DNA of 64,000 nt from an archaeon GW2011_AR15 (GCA_000830295.1 CP010425.1:448001-512000), one strand, 5' to 3'. Shown: positions 1-9,671, numbered from the stretch's first letter. Translations and numbers: made by a program. The notes: a model not told the origin generated them from the letters alone.

Positions 1-775
1 TCCACAGCTCTTCAACCATGTCAAATGCCGTGTAGCCGTAGCTCTTCTGCTTATACATGAACTCGCCCAGCCTGCCGTTTATATAAGCAGCCTCTTTTGC
101 CGAGTCAAAAAGGTTTCCGGATTGTGCGAGGAATCCTGCGCAGATACCGGCAAGTATGTCTCCTGTCCCTCCCCTTGTCATGGAATTGTGGCCTGTCTTG
201 TTCGTATGCCTCCTGTGCTTTGTGAATATTATGTCCTCCGGGCCTTTCAGGAGCATTATATTATTCCCCAGCTTTTCCTGCATTGCCCTTATGTTCGGCT
301 CCATATCAAGTTCGTCAAATTCCTTTTTGACAGTGTTCTCGTAAAGTATCCTGAATTCCTTCGGGTTCGGGGTAAGTATGCTGTTCGTGGGAACATCCAG
401 TGCAATCACCTTCAGCGCATCTGCGTCTATCACAAAAGGCTTTTTTATGTCCCTGAGAAGCTTGAGCACGAATTCCTTTTTCTCTCCGAGGCCGGGACCA
501 AGCAGCACAACGTCGTAATGTTCGCTCAGCGCCGCAATCTCCTTGGCATGCGTGGGCGCAAGCTCCTCTCCGAGGAATTTCCTTGTCATCAGGTCAGGCG
601 AATAGCTGTTTATCTGCCATGCCACCCTTTCAGGGGCGCAGACTGTTACAATGTCAACCCCTGTCCTGAGTGCGGCTATTGCTGCAAGTGCCGGAGCTCC
701 GACATATTCCCTGCTCCCCCCCACAACAAGGACCTTTCCGTTCTGGCCCTTGATGTCTTTTCGCGTTATTCTCAT
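1..775 (-). CDS. nnrD: ADP/ATP-dependent NAD(P)H-hydrate dehydratase (YjeF C-terminal family), truncated by the window edge
   Basis: Not in the ORF track; read manually from ATG 775: MRITRKDIKGQNGKVLVVGGSREYVGAPALAAIAALRTGVD...LGPGLG...MTRGGTGDILAG; open to position 1. Confidence 0.9.
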   Translation of the reverse strand, partial: MRITRKDIKGQNGKVLVVGGSREYVGAPALAAIAALRTGVDIVTVCAPERVAWQINSYSPDLMTRKFLGEELAPTHAKEIAALSEHYDVVLLGPGLGEKKEFVLKLLRDIKKPFVIDADALKVIALDVPTNSILTPNPKEFRILYENTVKKEFDELDMEPNIRAMQEKLGNNIMLLKGPEDIIFTKHRRHTNKTGHNSMTRGGTGDILAGICAGFLAQSGNLFDSAKEAAYINGRLGEFMYKQKSYGYTAFDMVEELW

Positions 776-809
776 GCTGTACCCTTCCTGTTATTTTCTG
801 CAATATAAA

Positions 810-2189
810 TTATTTGCCCTTATTCTTTAAAGAGTCCCTGTACGCCTTCCTCATGGCCTTCTGCTCGTCTGTAAGCCGCCTTGATTTTTTCTTGTTCTGC
901 TCATATAGTGCCCTTGCATAGCTGACGGGATTCTTGTATCTCATCATTATTGTCTCGTTGTCCGCAATTCCCAGGTCCCTGTAATACCCTGTGTTATAAT
1001 TTGGCGGAGGCACAATCTCCTTGTTCTGTTTCATATATCTCAGCTGCCCTGTTATGTAATTCTCCTTCAGCGGCTCCGGGTTCTTCTTGTTCCACTCAAT
1101 AACTAATTCCTCGATGTTCTTGTCAGACCATCCTGAAGACCTGAGGAAATTTATCAGTATGAATAGAAACCTTTTCTTCCCGTCCTTCAGGCCTGCCAGT
1201 CCTTTTTTTATGCTCTCCGGAAAATAATCAACGGGAATTGCCTGCTCCGGGAGCTCGTAGCTCTTCTTTTTTGCAGTCTTTGATTCGCGCTCATAAAGCC
1301 TCCTGTAAATCATGTCTTCCTTGTCATAGTCAAATGCGCTTATCACGAGCTGCAGCGCCTCATTCTCCCTTGCCTTTGAAGCATCCAGGAACTGCCTGTC
1401 TGCATTTTTCATGTTTTCCGGGGATGCTGATTTTTTCTCGAATGCCATTATTGCATCTGCATCAATAGGCAAGGACACAAGTTCGGATTTTTCATGCAGG
1501 CTGTACGGGCACCTGTACATGTGCCTTGATGAAATAAGGAGCGTGTCGAGCTCGATTATTGAAAGCGGATCGAATTTCTCCTGCCTTTTCCCGGTTGCCT
1601 TCTCTATGCTCTGCAGGGTTGTCCTGAATTTCCTGTCAAAGATGACTTCTTTGCCTTTTGTCTCGATGAGGTTCTTGGAAATATAGCCGACAAGGTAGAT
1701 TGCAATCCTCCTCGGGCCTTCCGGGAACCATTCTTTTATGTGCACATTATTGACTGCCTTGGGGAATGCCTCGAACGGCACGCCTATGTGGAATCCCTTG
1801 TTGCCTGAAAATTTGCATCCGATTGCAGTTATGCCATGCAGCCTTAATGCTTTCACAAAAAGGTACGCTGTAAGCTTTGAGTAGGTCCAGTTCGGGCAGT
1901 CAATGTCCAAAACAAGGTCCCAGCCTTTCCTCAGGCTGTCAAGCTCGGCCTGCCTCATTTCCGGGCTCAGGCTCAGCGGGTTCATCCATCTCTCCTCTGA
2001 AATATGAAAACTTGTTGCGCCTTTTTTTACGGATTCAAGGATATCATTTTCATAGACTAGCACGTCCGGCCTCTTGCCGAATCCTGTGCCGTACCTTATG
2101 CCTACTTCCCTGCCCTTTGCGGCATTCACTATGGCCTTCTGCACGTCCCTTCTCTTGTAATACAAAAGGCGCCTGCTTATGTCGAACAT
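810..2189 (-). CDS. priS: Single-chain archaeal DNA primase (PriS catalytic domain fused to PriL C-terminal-like domain)
   Basis: AEP motifs WDLVLDID and FSGNKGFHI, plus RCPYSLHEKS; C-terminal helical domain GLKDGKKRFLFILINFL...PPN...KNPVSY resembles the PriL CTD. Confidence 0.88.
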   Translation of the reverse strand: MFDISRRLLYYKRRDVQKAIVNAAKGREVGIRYGTGFGKRPDVLVYENDILESVKKGATSFHISEERWMNPLSLSPEMRQAELDSLRKGWDLVLDIDCPNWTYSKLTAYLFVKALRLHGITAIGCKFSGNKGFHIGVPFEAFPKAVNNVHIKEWFPEGPRRIAIYLVGYISKNLIETKGKEVIFDRKFRTTLQSIEKATGKRQEKFDPLSIIELDTLLISSRHMYRCPYSLHEKSELVSLPIDADAIMAFEKKSASPENMKNADRQFLDASKARENEALQLVISAFDYDKEDMIYRRLYERESKTAKKKSYELPEQAIPVDYFPESIKKGLAGLKDGKKRFLFILINFLRSSGWSDKNIEELVIEWNKKNPEPLKENYITGQLRYMKQNKEIVPPPNYNTGYYRDLGIADNETIMMRYKNPVSYARALYEQNKKKSRRLTDEQKAMRKAYRDSLKNKGK

Positions 2190-2241
2190 ATTGCCTGATA
2201 ATATCCATAAATTTATATTATTTTAGTTGCTGGAATCGTTT

Positions 2242-2598
2242 ATGGAGGAAGCAGAGGAGATACTTGGGGAAATAGAGAGGCTGAAGGAATCGGGGAAAGC
2301 TGTCGTCGCCGAGGGCATAAAAGACCTTGCTGCATTAAAAAAGCTCGGCCTGAAAAACATATATATTATCTCCGCGCCCCTATTTGAGGTCTGCGAGAAA
2401 ATCGGGGAAAATAATGATGAGACAGCCATACTTACAGACCTTGACAGGGAAGGGAAGCTGCTTTACTCAAAAATAAAGGAAAATCTCACAAGGCTCGGCG
2501 TAAAGATTGACGACAGGCTTAGAGAAAGACTGTTCAGGACAAAGCTCGTGCACATGCAGGGCCTTGACACATATATTGAGAATTTAATGTCTTCTTAG
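2242..2598 (+). CDS. Small stand-alone Toprim domain protein
   Basis: VVAEGIKD and ILTDLDREG Toprim E/DxD motifs; ATG 2242 preferred over TTG 2227. Confidence 0.8.
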   Translation: MEEAEEILGEIERLKESGKAVVAEGIKDLAALKKLGLKNIYIISAPLFEVCEKIGENNDETAILTDLDREGKLLYSKIKENLTRLGVKIDDRLRERLFRTKLVHMQGLDTYIENLMSS

Positions 2599-4260
2599 CC
2601 TGACGAGGAGAAGATATGCTGCAATGACAGCAGCCAGCACAATGAAATATTTTGAATAGGCCTTTATTCTGCCTGCGGATGATTCATAGACAACACTCCC
2701 TGCGGCCTTATTCTGGAAAAGCTTTTCAGAAATCTCCTCTGGCTCCCGCGGCCCGGCTGTTTCTGTTTCCTCTTTCTCTTTTTTTTCTTTTATCTCCTCA
2801 GGGCATGAGGGGTTGTGGCTTATGTCAATCTTTTCAGAAGCATTCAGCCCAATCCCCTCAGCAATCAGGTCGTAGCTGCCCTCATTATATTTCCTGTTGC
2901 AGTTGTCTTTCAGCAGGATTGGAACTGTAACCGCATATTTCTGGTTGCTGCCATAGAGATTCATCGAGGAGACCTCGCTGACAGTGTTCTCCCCCTTTAC
3001 ATACAACTTGACTGCATTCTTCAGCGTATCCCCTTTTGTAATATCAAGCTTTATTTTTACAATATCGCCGAAAGCAGCGCCCGGAGGAATTTCACTTATG
3101 GCAATGCTGTCCGTGAGCCGGCTTTCTTCTGCATCCGCCCTGAAGACAACCAACTTCTGTGAAAAAGTATTATTGTTAATGTTGCTGCAGGCAACCTTCG
3201 TCAGGTTGGAATTTATTATAAATGCCTTTTCTGCCCCGCTGATTTTAGGGGTATATGATTTCCTGTTTGTGTTTGATGTAATTGCCCTCTGTTTTACAGC
3301 ATCTCCGAAAACATCCTCGACCCAGTATTCAATCTCAAAAGGGAATGTCCTGTTACTGACCCTGTGGGCTATCCCTATGCTCTCCCCTTCATCATAGACC
3401 TGCTTGTCTGTTTCCAGTTCCAGTGTGATATTGCAGTCAGCTTCTTCAGACGGGGAAACTGTTATTCTGCTGCAGAGCCCGTTGTTGCTGCTGTTTGTAT
3501 CGTTCGCGGACATATCTACAATCTTTCCGCACACGTCATAGCTTCCGAAACTGCCAAAGACAAACTCTGCAGCCGTAGTTGTATATGATTTGAAATCCGT
3601 TTCTTTTGTCTCCTCATATATTATTGTGGAGTTTTTTGAGATATTATAATATAATGTTGCGTTTATCTGTTCGCTGAATTCAGGATAGTCAGTATTCTCC
3701 AGCATGAAAAGCCTGTAGTTTATGTTTGTAAAGATATCTTCAGGAAGGAGGAGGCTCAGGACAATATCGGGAATTTCACGGACAGGCTCGTGATAAAAAA
3801 TGTTCTCTGCTCCTGGCGTCGGCTCTGTCTCTATCCATGCTGAGCCAATCAGGGAGAGCGATTTCCCTTTTCCTGTTTCTGCTGAATATGACATGTTGTC
3901 TATTGTACTGTTTTCTTTCTTTATCCTTATCTCATCTGCTGAATTTCCAAGCCCGTTGCCTATTGAATTGTCATCAACGCAGAGCATAACTGCCGAAAAA
4001 TTCAGTGTGCTGTCCTGGTCAGCTATTATTATATGTGTGTTTTCCTGGATAATGTACTCACAGGCTGCATTCCCGCAGCAGATTATCTGGTCTGTATTGA
4101 GATTGTCAGAAAGCTCAAGCCCGCTCATGTTGTAGCTTTCATTTGTATAGAGTTCAATCCATTCATTCCCGTCTTCAGGATTGTACATGACCTCTGAAAT
4201 GTAAATGGCCGAGGCAGCATCAAGGCATACAAAGAGCAATATAATGTAGCACAGTTTCAT
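2584..4260 (-). CDS. Secreted, C-terminally membrane-anchored lamin-tail-domain surface protein
   Basis: Signal peptide MKLCYIILLFVCLDAASA; ISEVMYNP...EWIELY...GLGNSADEI...PTPGAEN lamin-tail motifs; many N-x-S/T sequons; C-terminal TM helix followed by RLRRH. Confidence 0.75.
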   Translation of the reverse strand: MKLCYIILLFVCLDAASAIYISEVMYNPEDGNEWIELYTNESYNMSGLELSDNLNTDQIICCGNAACEYIIQENTHIIIADQDSTLNFSAVMLCVDDNSIGNGLGNSADEIRIKKENSTIDNMSYSAETGKGKSLSLIGSAWIETEPTPGAENIFYHEPVREIPDIVLSLLLPEDIFTNINYRLFMLENTDYPEFSEQINATLYYNISKNSTIIYEETKETDFKSYTTTAAEFVFGSFGSYDVCGKIVDMSANDTNSSNNGLCSRITVSPSEEADCNITLELETDKQVYDEGESIGIAHRVSNRTFPFEIEYWVEDVFGDAVKQRAITSNTNRKSYTPKISGAEKAFIINSNLTKVACSNINNNTFSQKLVVFRADAEESRLTDSIAISEIPPGAAFGDIVKIKLDITKGDTLKNAVKLYVKGENTVSEVSSMNLYGSNQKYAVTVPILLKDNCNRKYNEGSYDLIAEGIGLNASEKIDISHNPSCPEEIKEKKEKEETETAGPREPEEISEKLFQNKAAGSVVYESSAGRIKAYSKYFIVLAAVIAAYLLLVRLRRH

Positions 4261-4367
4261 GCAGCCTTGCCATAGAAACATCATTTTATAGACTGATGCG
4301 CATTTTCCGTTGTTTTTCCGCAGGAATAAAAAGCTTTAAAAATATCTGGAGTCTTATTGTGAATAGG

Positions 4368-4964
4368 ATGGGGTTTTTTGACAATTTAAAGAAAAGAGAT
4401 AGTTCTCCTGGTAAAACGCCGGAAAAAGAGGAGTTCAATGAGCTTCCTCCGGCTCCGCCGGGATTAAAAAAGATTGAAGCGGAGAAGCCTGTGGAAATGC
4501 CTGAATATTATGCTGACACAGAGGAGGAAAAAAATGTTTTCACGGATTCGCCTGTGCAGGAGGATGTTGCTGAAAGCAATGCTGAGATAATAAAGGATGA
4601 CAGGCCGAAGATCAGTGTTCCCGACAGCCTGCCTGACATTGACATCCCTGTGCCTCCTGATATTGAGGAAATCCCTTTTTTCAGGAATGCTGCAGTTGCA
4701 AAGCCTGCTGCAGAGCTGCCTGAATTCGCAGTAAAGGAAATAAAGAAGGGGCCTGTCTTCGTAAGGACTGATGAATACAGCGGGATGCTTTCCGGCATAG
4801 ATTCAATGGAAGGCGTGATGAAGGAGGGGCAGGAAACAGTATACCTGCTGAAGAACCTGAAGAAGAATGCCGATACTGTGCATGAGAAATACTTAAATAC
4901 GCTGGAAGATATACAAAAGAAACTTATGTATGTCGATCATCTCCTGTTTGAATCAATGAAGTGA
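4368..4964 (+). CDS. Hypothetical protein: N-terminal amphipathic helix, Pro/acidic linker, C-terminal coiled-coil module
   Basis: Probable start MGFFDNLKK at 4368; C-terminal ~65 aa aligns without gaps to the next gene. Confidence 0.75.
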   Translation: MGFFDNLKKRDSSPGKTPEKEEFNELPPAPPGLKKIEAEKPVEMPEYYADTEEEKNVFTDSPVQEDVAESNAEIIKDDRPKISVPDSLPDIDIPVPPDIEEIPFFRNAAVAKPAAELPEFAVKEIKKGPVFVRTDEYSGMLSGIDSMEGVMKEGQETVYLLKNLKKNADTVHEKYLNTLEDIQKKLMYVDHLLFESMK

Positions 4965-5197
4965 TGAAAATGGAAAAGGAAACTAATGTGTTTGTGAAAA
5001 TCTCTGAATACAATGACCTGCTTGATGTCATCGCCCTTATCAACGAAAAAGTGAAGGAGGCAAGGGAGATACTTGCAAAGATATACGACCTCAAGAACCA
5101 GGAGGATGCTGAGCTGGACCACTGGAAAAACTCGCTGGACGATGTTGAGAGAAAGCTGAAATATATCGACCAGGCGCTGTACCGCCCGAAATACTGA
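4961..5197 (+). CDS. Small coiled-coil hypothetical protein, paralog of the flanking genes
   Basis: 78 aa, VFVKISEY followed by a heptad pattern; overlaps the upstream stop. Confidence 0.8.
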   Translation: MMKMEKETNVFVKISEYNDLLDVIALINEKVKEAREILAKIYDLKNQEDAELDHWKNSLDDVERKLKYIDQALYRPKY

Positions 5198-5199
5198 GA

Positions 5200-5520
5200 A
5201 TGGCAGATAAGGATTTTTACGTCGGCATATATGAGCCGGAGGATGTGAAGAGGAATGTTCTTGAAAGCTCAAAAGAGATTGTGTCCTCAATGCAGTCCTA
5301 CAGGAACCTTGAGTCAATAAGGAATGCCAAGGTAAAGGAATACGAAAACCTGAGAAAAGTGATGGAAGAGATTGATTACCTTCTTGCAAAGTTAAAGCTA
5401 AAGATGCCGAGGGGTGTGAGAAAATCCCACGGTTCTGTGAAAGACGACTTGTCTCCCGGCGTGAGGAAGCTGGATAAGGAGCTGGATGAGCTTGAGGACA
5501 GGTTCTCCAAAACCGGCTAA
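5200..5520 (+). CDS. Small coiled-coil hypothetical protein
   Basis: 106 aa, FYVGIYEPEDV followed by a heptad helix; 2 nt after the previous stop. Confidence 0.75.
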   Translation: MADKDFYVGIYEPEDVKRNVLESSKEIVSSMQSYRNLESIRNAKVKEYENLRKVMEEIDYLLAKLKLKMPRGVRKSHGSVKDDLSPGVRKLDKELDELEDRFSKTG

Positions 5521-5552
5521 AATATAAATATGATTTCACCTTCTGTTTGCCC

Positions 5553-6227
5553 ATGAAGACCTTTATTGTTATTGCCGCATTCAATGAGGAAAAGAAGATA
5601 GGAAAAGTCCTTGACAGTCTTCTGGCGGAAAAATGCGGAAATATTGTTGTTGTGGATGACGGCTCTGCAGACAACACAGCAAAAATTGCTGAATCAAAAA
5701 AAGTCCATGTGCTGAAGCATTCCCTTAACCGGGGGCAGGGCGCTGCGCTTAAGACGGGCATTGATTATGCCCTGCAGGAAGGCGCTGATATTATCGTGAC
5801 ATATGACGCAGACGGCCAGTTTCTCCCTGAAGATATAGAAAAGGTTGTTGCGCCTGTAAAAAGAAAAGAAGCTGATATTGTCCTTGGCTCAAGATTCCTC
5901 GGAAAGGCAGTCAACATGCCGTTTTCAAAAAAGATTGTGCTGAAGCTCGGTGTCCTTGTCGTTTTACTGCTTTACAGGATCAAGATAACAGACTCGCAGT
6001 CAGGGTTCAGGGCACTGTCAAGAAAGGCAGCGGAAAAGATAAAGCTCACAACAGACAGGATGGAGCACGCCTCTGAATTTTTCTGGGAGATAATGAGGAA
6101 CAGACTTAAATACAAAGAGGTCCCCATAACTGTAATATATGATGACTATTCCATTTCCAAAGGCCAGAAATGGACAAAGAGCATAGAATTGGGCCTGAAG
6201 ATGCTGTTCAGGAGGTTTTTGATGTAA
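5553..6227 (+). CDS. GT2 glycosyltransferase, DPM1-like (polyprenol-phosphate glycosyltransferase)
   Basis: IAAFNEE, VVDDGSADNT, NRGQGAALKTG, YDADGQ, GSRF, TDSQSGFRA. Confidence 0.9.
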   Translation: MKTFIVIAAFNEEKKIGKVLDSLLAEKCGNIVVVDDGSADNTAKIAESKKVHVLKHSLNRGQGAALKTGIDYALQEGADIIVTYDADGQFLPEDIEKVVAPVKRKEADIVLGSRFLGKAVNMPFSKKIVLKLGVLVVLLLYRIKITDSQSGFRALSRKAAEKIKLTTDRMEHASEFFWEIMRNRLKYKEVPITVIYDDYSISKGQKWTKSIELGLKMLFRRFLM

Positions 6228-6228
6228 A

Positions 6229-6564
6229 ATGATAACAACAATACAGATAATCGTGCTTGTTTTTGTCGTGTTTGCCGCCAGCAGGGTAATACTGAGGGCC
6301 AAGGACAAAAAGATTTCAGTGACTGAGCTGTTCTTCTGGCTCGCTGTCTGGGCCGGGCTGACGGGTGTTGTTTTCTTTCCTGAGCTTACTGCCCCTGCTG
6401 CCGCGTTCCTCGGTGTAGGAAGGGGGATTGATGTAATAATATATATGAGCATCGGGCTGCTGTTCTATCTCATATTCAGGCTCTATGTGAAAATAGAAGA
6501 GCTGCAGCAGGACGTAACCGCTGTTGTAAGGAAGGAAGCAATAGACAGGAAGAAAAAGAAGTGA
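6229..6564 (+). CDS. DUF2304-like small membrane protein
   Basis: Three hydrophobic segments, LGVGRGIDVIIY motif, C-terminal coil; usual partner of DPM1-like GT2. Confidence 0.8.
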   Translation: MITTIQIIVLVFVVFAASRVILRAKDKKISVTELFFWLAVWAGLTGVVFFPELTAPAAAFLGVGRGIDVIIYMSIGLLFYLIFRLYVKIEELQQDVTAVVRKEAIDRKKKK

Positions 6565-6617
6565 TTGCTTTCTTTGAAACCATAATCTTTTAATTCATGC
6601 TGTCTTACCCGCTATCC

Positions 6618-7064
6618 ATGAAATGCCCATACTGCGGCTCTGAGAGAAGCAAGGTTGTTGACAAGAGAGAGACTGAAGAGGGTGCGGCAACAAGGAGAAG
6701 ACGGGAGTGCCTTGAGTGCGAAAAAAGGTACACAACTTATGAGAAGATTGAGACGGTAATCCTTACTGTAAGGAAAAAGAGCGGGGAGATTCAGGCATTT
6801 GACAGGAACAAGCTGAAAACTGGGATAATGAAAGCCTGCGAAAAGCGCCCGATATCCGCAGGGCAGATAGATGATATTGTATCTGATATTATTTTTCACC
6901 TGCGGAACAAGGAGAGCACTGAAATAACCTCGGCGCTGATAGGCAGGCTTGTAATGACACGGCTGAAAAAACTGGATAAGGTTGCATACATAAGATTCGC
7001 CTCTGTATATAAGGATTTCAAGGACCCTGAAGAATTCCAGGATGTTGTCAGCAAAGTGAAATAA
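6618..7064 (+). CDS. nrdR: Transcriptional repressor NrdR
   Basis: MKCPYCG...RRRRECLECEKRYTTYE zinc ribbon, ATP cone, LDKVAYIRFASVYKDF. Confidence 0.95.
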   Translation: MKCPYCGSERSKVVDKRETEEGAATRRRRECLECEKRYTTYEKIETVILTVRKKSGEIQAFDRNKLKTGIMKACEKRPISAGQIDDIVSDIIFHLRNKESTEITSALIGRLVMTRLKKLDKVAYIRFASVYKDFKDPEEFQDVVSKVK

Positions 7065-7094
7065 AGTTCTGTTACCCTTACTTTTTCGAAAAAC

Positions 7095-7119
7095 TTTATA
7101 AAGAATTAACAATTGTTAA
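7095..7119 (+). promoter_or_regulatory. TATA box followed by a 14-bp perfect palindrome (candidate operator of the suf operon)
   Basis: TTTATAAA at 7095-7102, 31 nt before ATG 7126; TTAACAATTGTTAA at 7106-7119. Confidence 0.65.
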
Positions 7120-7125
7120 CTTTTT

Positions 7126-7476
7126 ATGGATACTCCGCAGGAGATTGAGGTGTGGTTTATACTTCCCGGCCTGAGAAGGGAATTTGTGGTTGCCCTCAAA
7201 AGGCAGGGCATTGCGCAGAAAAAGATTGCCAGGCTGCTGAACATATCAGAGCCGGCAGTAAGCCAGTATCTCAGCAACAAGAGAGGGGCAACAACATTCA
7301 ATGATGCCCTCCATAAGGAGATAGACGCTTCTGCAGGAAAAATCATTGCAAAAAAGAGCGATTTCAGGACAGAGCTCCAGAAAATGCTCAGGATAATCAA
7401 GAAAACAAGGTTCATCTGCGGTGTCTGCCACGAGCATCTGGACACTGAGGATGACTGTGAAGTATGTTATGTATGA
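7126..7476 (+). CDS. HTH transcriptional regulator with C-terminal Cys/His cluster
   Basis: QKKIARLLNISEPAVSQYLSNKRG helix-turn-helix; C-terminal CGVCHEH...CEVC. Confidence 0.85.
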   Translation: MDTPQEIEVWFILPGLRREFVVALKRQGIAQKKIARLLNISEPAVSQYLSNKRGATTFNDALHKEIDASAGKIIAKKSDFRTELQKMLRIIKKTRFICGVCHEHLDTEDDCEVCYV

Positions 7477-7494
7477 AACCAGGAGGTTTTTAGT

Positions 7495-8256
7495 ATGTCA
7501 GAACTGAAGATTGAAAATTTGCATGTCAGCGTTGAAGGAAAAGAGATTCTTAAAGGCGTAAACCTAGTAATAAAGAAAGGGGAGATACACGCCCTGATGG
7601 GCCCGAACGGCTCAGGAAAGAGCACGCTGTCATTTGCGCTTATGGGCCACCCGAAGTATGAGATAACGGGCGGGAAAGTCACGCTGGACGGAAAGAACCT
7701 TTTTGAGATGGAAGTAGATGAGAGAGCCAAGGCAGGCCTCTTTCTAAGTTTCCAGTACCCGAGCGAAATCCCGGGGGTCTCGCTGGCAAATTTCCTGAGG
7801 ACTGCATACAATGAAGTGAAATACCCGGATTCTGAGAAAAAAGTCAATATTGTTGATTTCATGAAGCTGCTCTACGGGAAAATGGAGCTTTTGAAGATGG
7901 ACAAGGAGTTTGCAAAAAGGCATCTCAATGTAGGATTTTCAGGAGGGGAGAAGAAGAGGACTGAGATACTGCAGCTTGCAGTGCTTGAACCCAAGTTTGC
8001 AATCCTTGACGAGACAGATTCCGGGCTGGATGTTGACGCGCTGAGGGTTGTGGCAGCAGGAGTCAAAAAGCTTGTAGGCCCGCACCTGGGTGTGCTTGTG
8101 ATAACACACTACCAGAGGATACTGCACCACATCAAGCCGCATTTTGTCCACATACTTGTTGACGGAAAGATCGTGAAGTCCGGAGACTACAGGCTGGCTG
8201 AGGATGTTGAGAAGTCCGGATATGAAATCTATGAAAAAGAAAAGGTGGCTGCATAA
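7495..8256 (+). CDS. sufC: Fe-S cluster assembly ABC ATPase SufC
   Basis: [49 protein letters not shown]. Confidence 0.97.
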   Translation: MSELKIENLHVSVEGKEILKGVNLVIKKGEIHALMGPNGSGKSTLSFALMGHPKYEITGGKVTLDGKNLFEMEVDERAKAGLFLSFQYPSEIPGVSLANFLRTAYNEVKYPDSEKKVNIVDFMKLLYGKMELLKMDKEFAKRHLNVGFSGGEKKRTEILQLAVLEPKFAILDETDSGLDVDALRVVAAGVKKLVGPHLGVLVITHYQRILHHIKPHFVHILVDGKIVKSGDYRLAEDVEKSGYEIYEKEKVAA

Positions 8257-9671
8257 TGGCACAGGCAGATGCAGAAGAGGTAAAGAATTTCCTGGGAACT
8301 GAATACAGGTATGGGTTCAGCGACCCTGAGAAATTTGCATTCAGGACAGAAAAAGGACTGAGTGAAAAAGTTGTAAGGCAGATCTCAAAAATAAAGAAAG
8401 AGCCTGAGTGGGTGACGGATATGAGGGTAAGGGCCTATAAGCATTTCATGGAAAGACCTATGCCGAAATGGGGGGCTGACCTGAGCACAATAGATTTCGA
8501 CAATATATATTATTACGGCAAGCCTGAGGGAGAGCAGACAAAGGATTGGGACAAAGTCCCACAGGACATCAAAAAGACATTTGACAGGCTTGGGATTCCT
8601 GAAGCAGAGAAAAAATTCCTGGCAGGTGTCGGAGCGCAGTATGAATCAGAAGTTGTATACCATAATCTAAGAAAAGATCTTGAGAAGAAAGGCGTCATCT
8701 TCCTTGACATGGACGGCGGGCTTAGGGAGCATCCGGAAATTGTGAAGAAATGGTTTGGCAAGATAATACCTTTCAACGACAATAAGTTTTCAGCCTTAAA
8801 CACTGCTGTCTGGTCCGGCGGCTCATTCATCTATATCCCTCCGGGAGTCAGGGTGGACCTTCCGCTGCAGGCGTATTTCAGGATAAATGCAAAAAACATC
8901 GGGCAGTTCGAGAGGACACTGATAATCGCTGACAAGGGCTCATATGTCCATTATGTAGAGGGATGCACTGCGCCTGTATACAGCACAGACTCGCTGCACT
9001 GCGCAGTGGTTGAGCTTGCCGCGCTTGAAGGGGCCACAATAAGATACACTACAATCCAGAACTGGTCCTCAAATGTATACAACCTTGTTACAAAGAGGGC
9101 TTTCGCTTACAAGAACGCAAGGGTCGAATGGATCGACGGGAACCTTGGAAGCAAGATAACCATGAAATATCCGGGAGTTGTGCTGCTTGGCGAGCACGCG
9201 CATGGCGAAGTCATTTCAGTTGCGTTTGCAGGAAAAGGCCAGCATCAGGATGCGGGCGCAAAAATAACCCACCTCGCCCCAAATACTACCTCACAGATAA
9301 TCTCCAAGTCTGTTTCAAAGGACGGCGGAAGGACAACATACAGAGGGCTGCTGAGGGTTGCAAAGGGATGCAAGAATGTGAAAAGCTCTGTTGTCTGCGA
9401 CGCACTGATACTGGATCCGAAATCTGCAACAGACACTGTCCCTTATATGGAAGTGGAAGAGAAAGATGTTTCAATAGGACATGAGGCCTCTGTCGGCCGT
9501 GTCTCAGAAGAGCAGTTGTTCTATCTGATGAGCAGGGGCTATAGCGAAGAGCATGCCCTCGGCATGATTGTAAGGGGATTCATGGATGCCTTCGTAAGGG
9601 AGCTTCCGATGGAATATGCTGTCGAGCTTAACAGGCTGATTGAGCTGAACATGGAAGGCTCTGTAGGATAA
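8256..9671 (+). CDS. sufB: Fe-S cluster assembly scaffold SufB
   Basis: [48 protein letters not shown]. Confidence 0.97.
   Translation: MAQADAEEVKNFLGTEYRYGFSDPEKFAFRTEKGLSEKVVRQISKIKKEPEWVTDMRVRAYKHFMERPMPKWGADLSTIDFDNIYYYGKPEGEQTKDWDKVPQDIKKTFDRLGIPEAEKKFLAGVGAQYESEVVYHNLRKDLEKKGVIFLDMDGGLREHPEIVKKWFGKIIPFNDNKFSALNTAVWSGGSFIYIPPGVRVDLPLQAYFRINAKNIGQFERTLIIADKGSYVHYVEGCTAPVYSTDSLHCAVVELAALEGATIRYTTIQNWSSNVYNLVTKRAFAYKNARVEWIDGNLGSKITMKYPGVVLLGEHAHGEVISVAFAGKGQHQDAGAKITHLAPNTTSQIISKSVSKDGGRTTYRGLLRVAKGCKNVKSSVVCDALILDPKSATDTVPYMEVEEKDVSIGHEASVGRVSEEQLFYLMSRGYSEEHALGMIVRGFMDAFVRELPMEYAVELNRLIELNMEGSVG

Noticed and set aside
122-808. 228-aa plus-strand ORF
   Set aside because: Antisense shadow of nnrD, which has clear family motifs on the minus strand.
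2566-2582. ACACATATATTGAG resembling an NrdR box
   Set aside because: Does not fit the 16-bp consensus register, is single, and lies at a convergent gene end.
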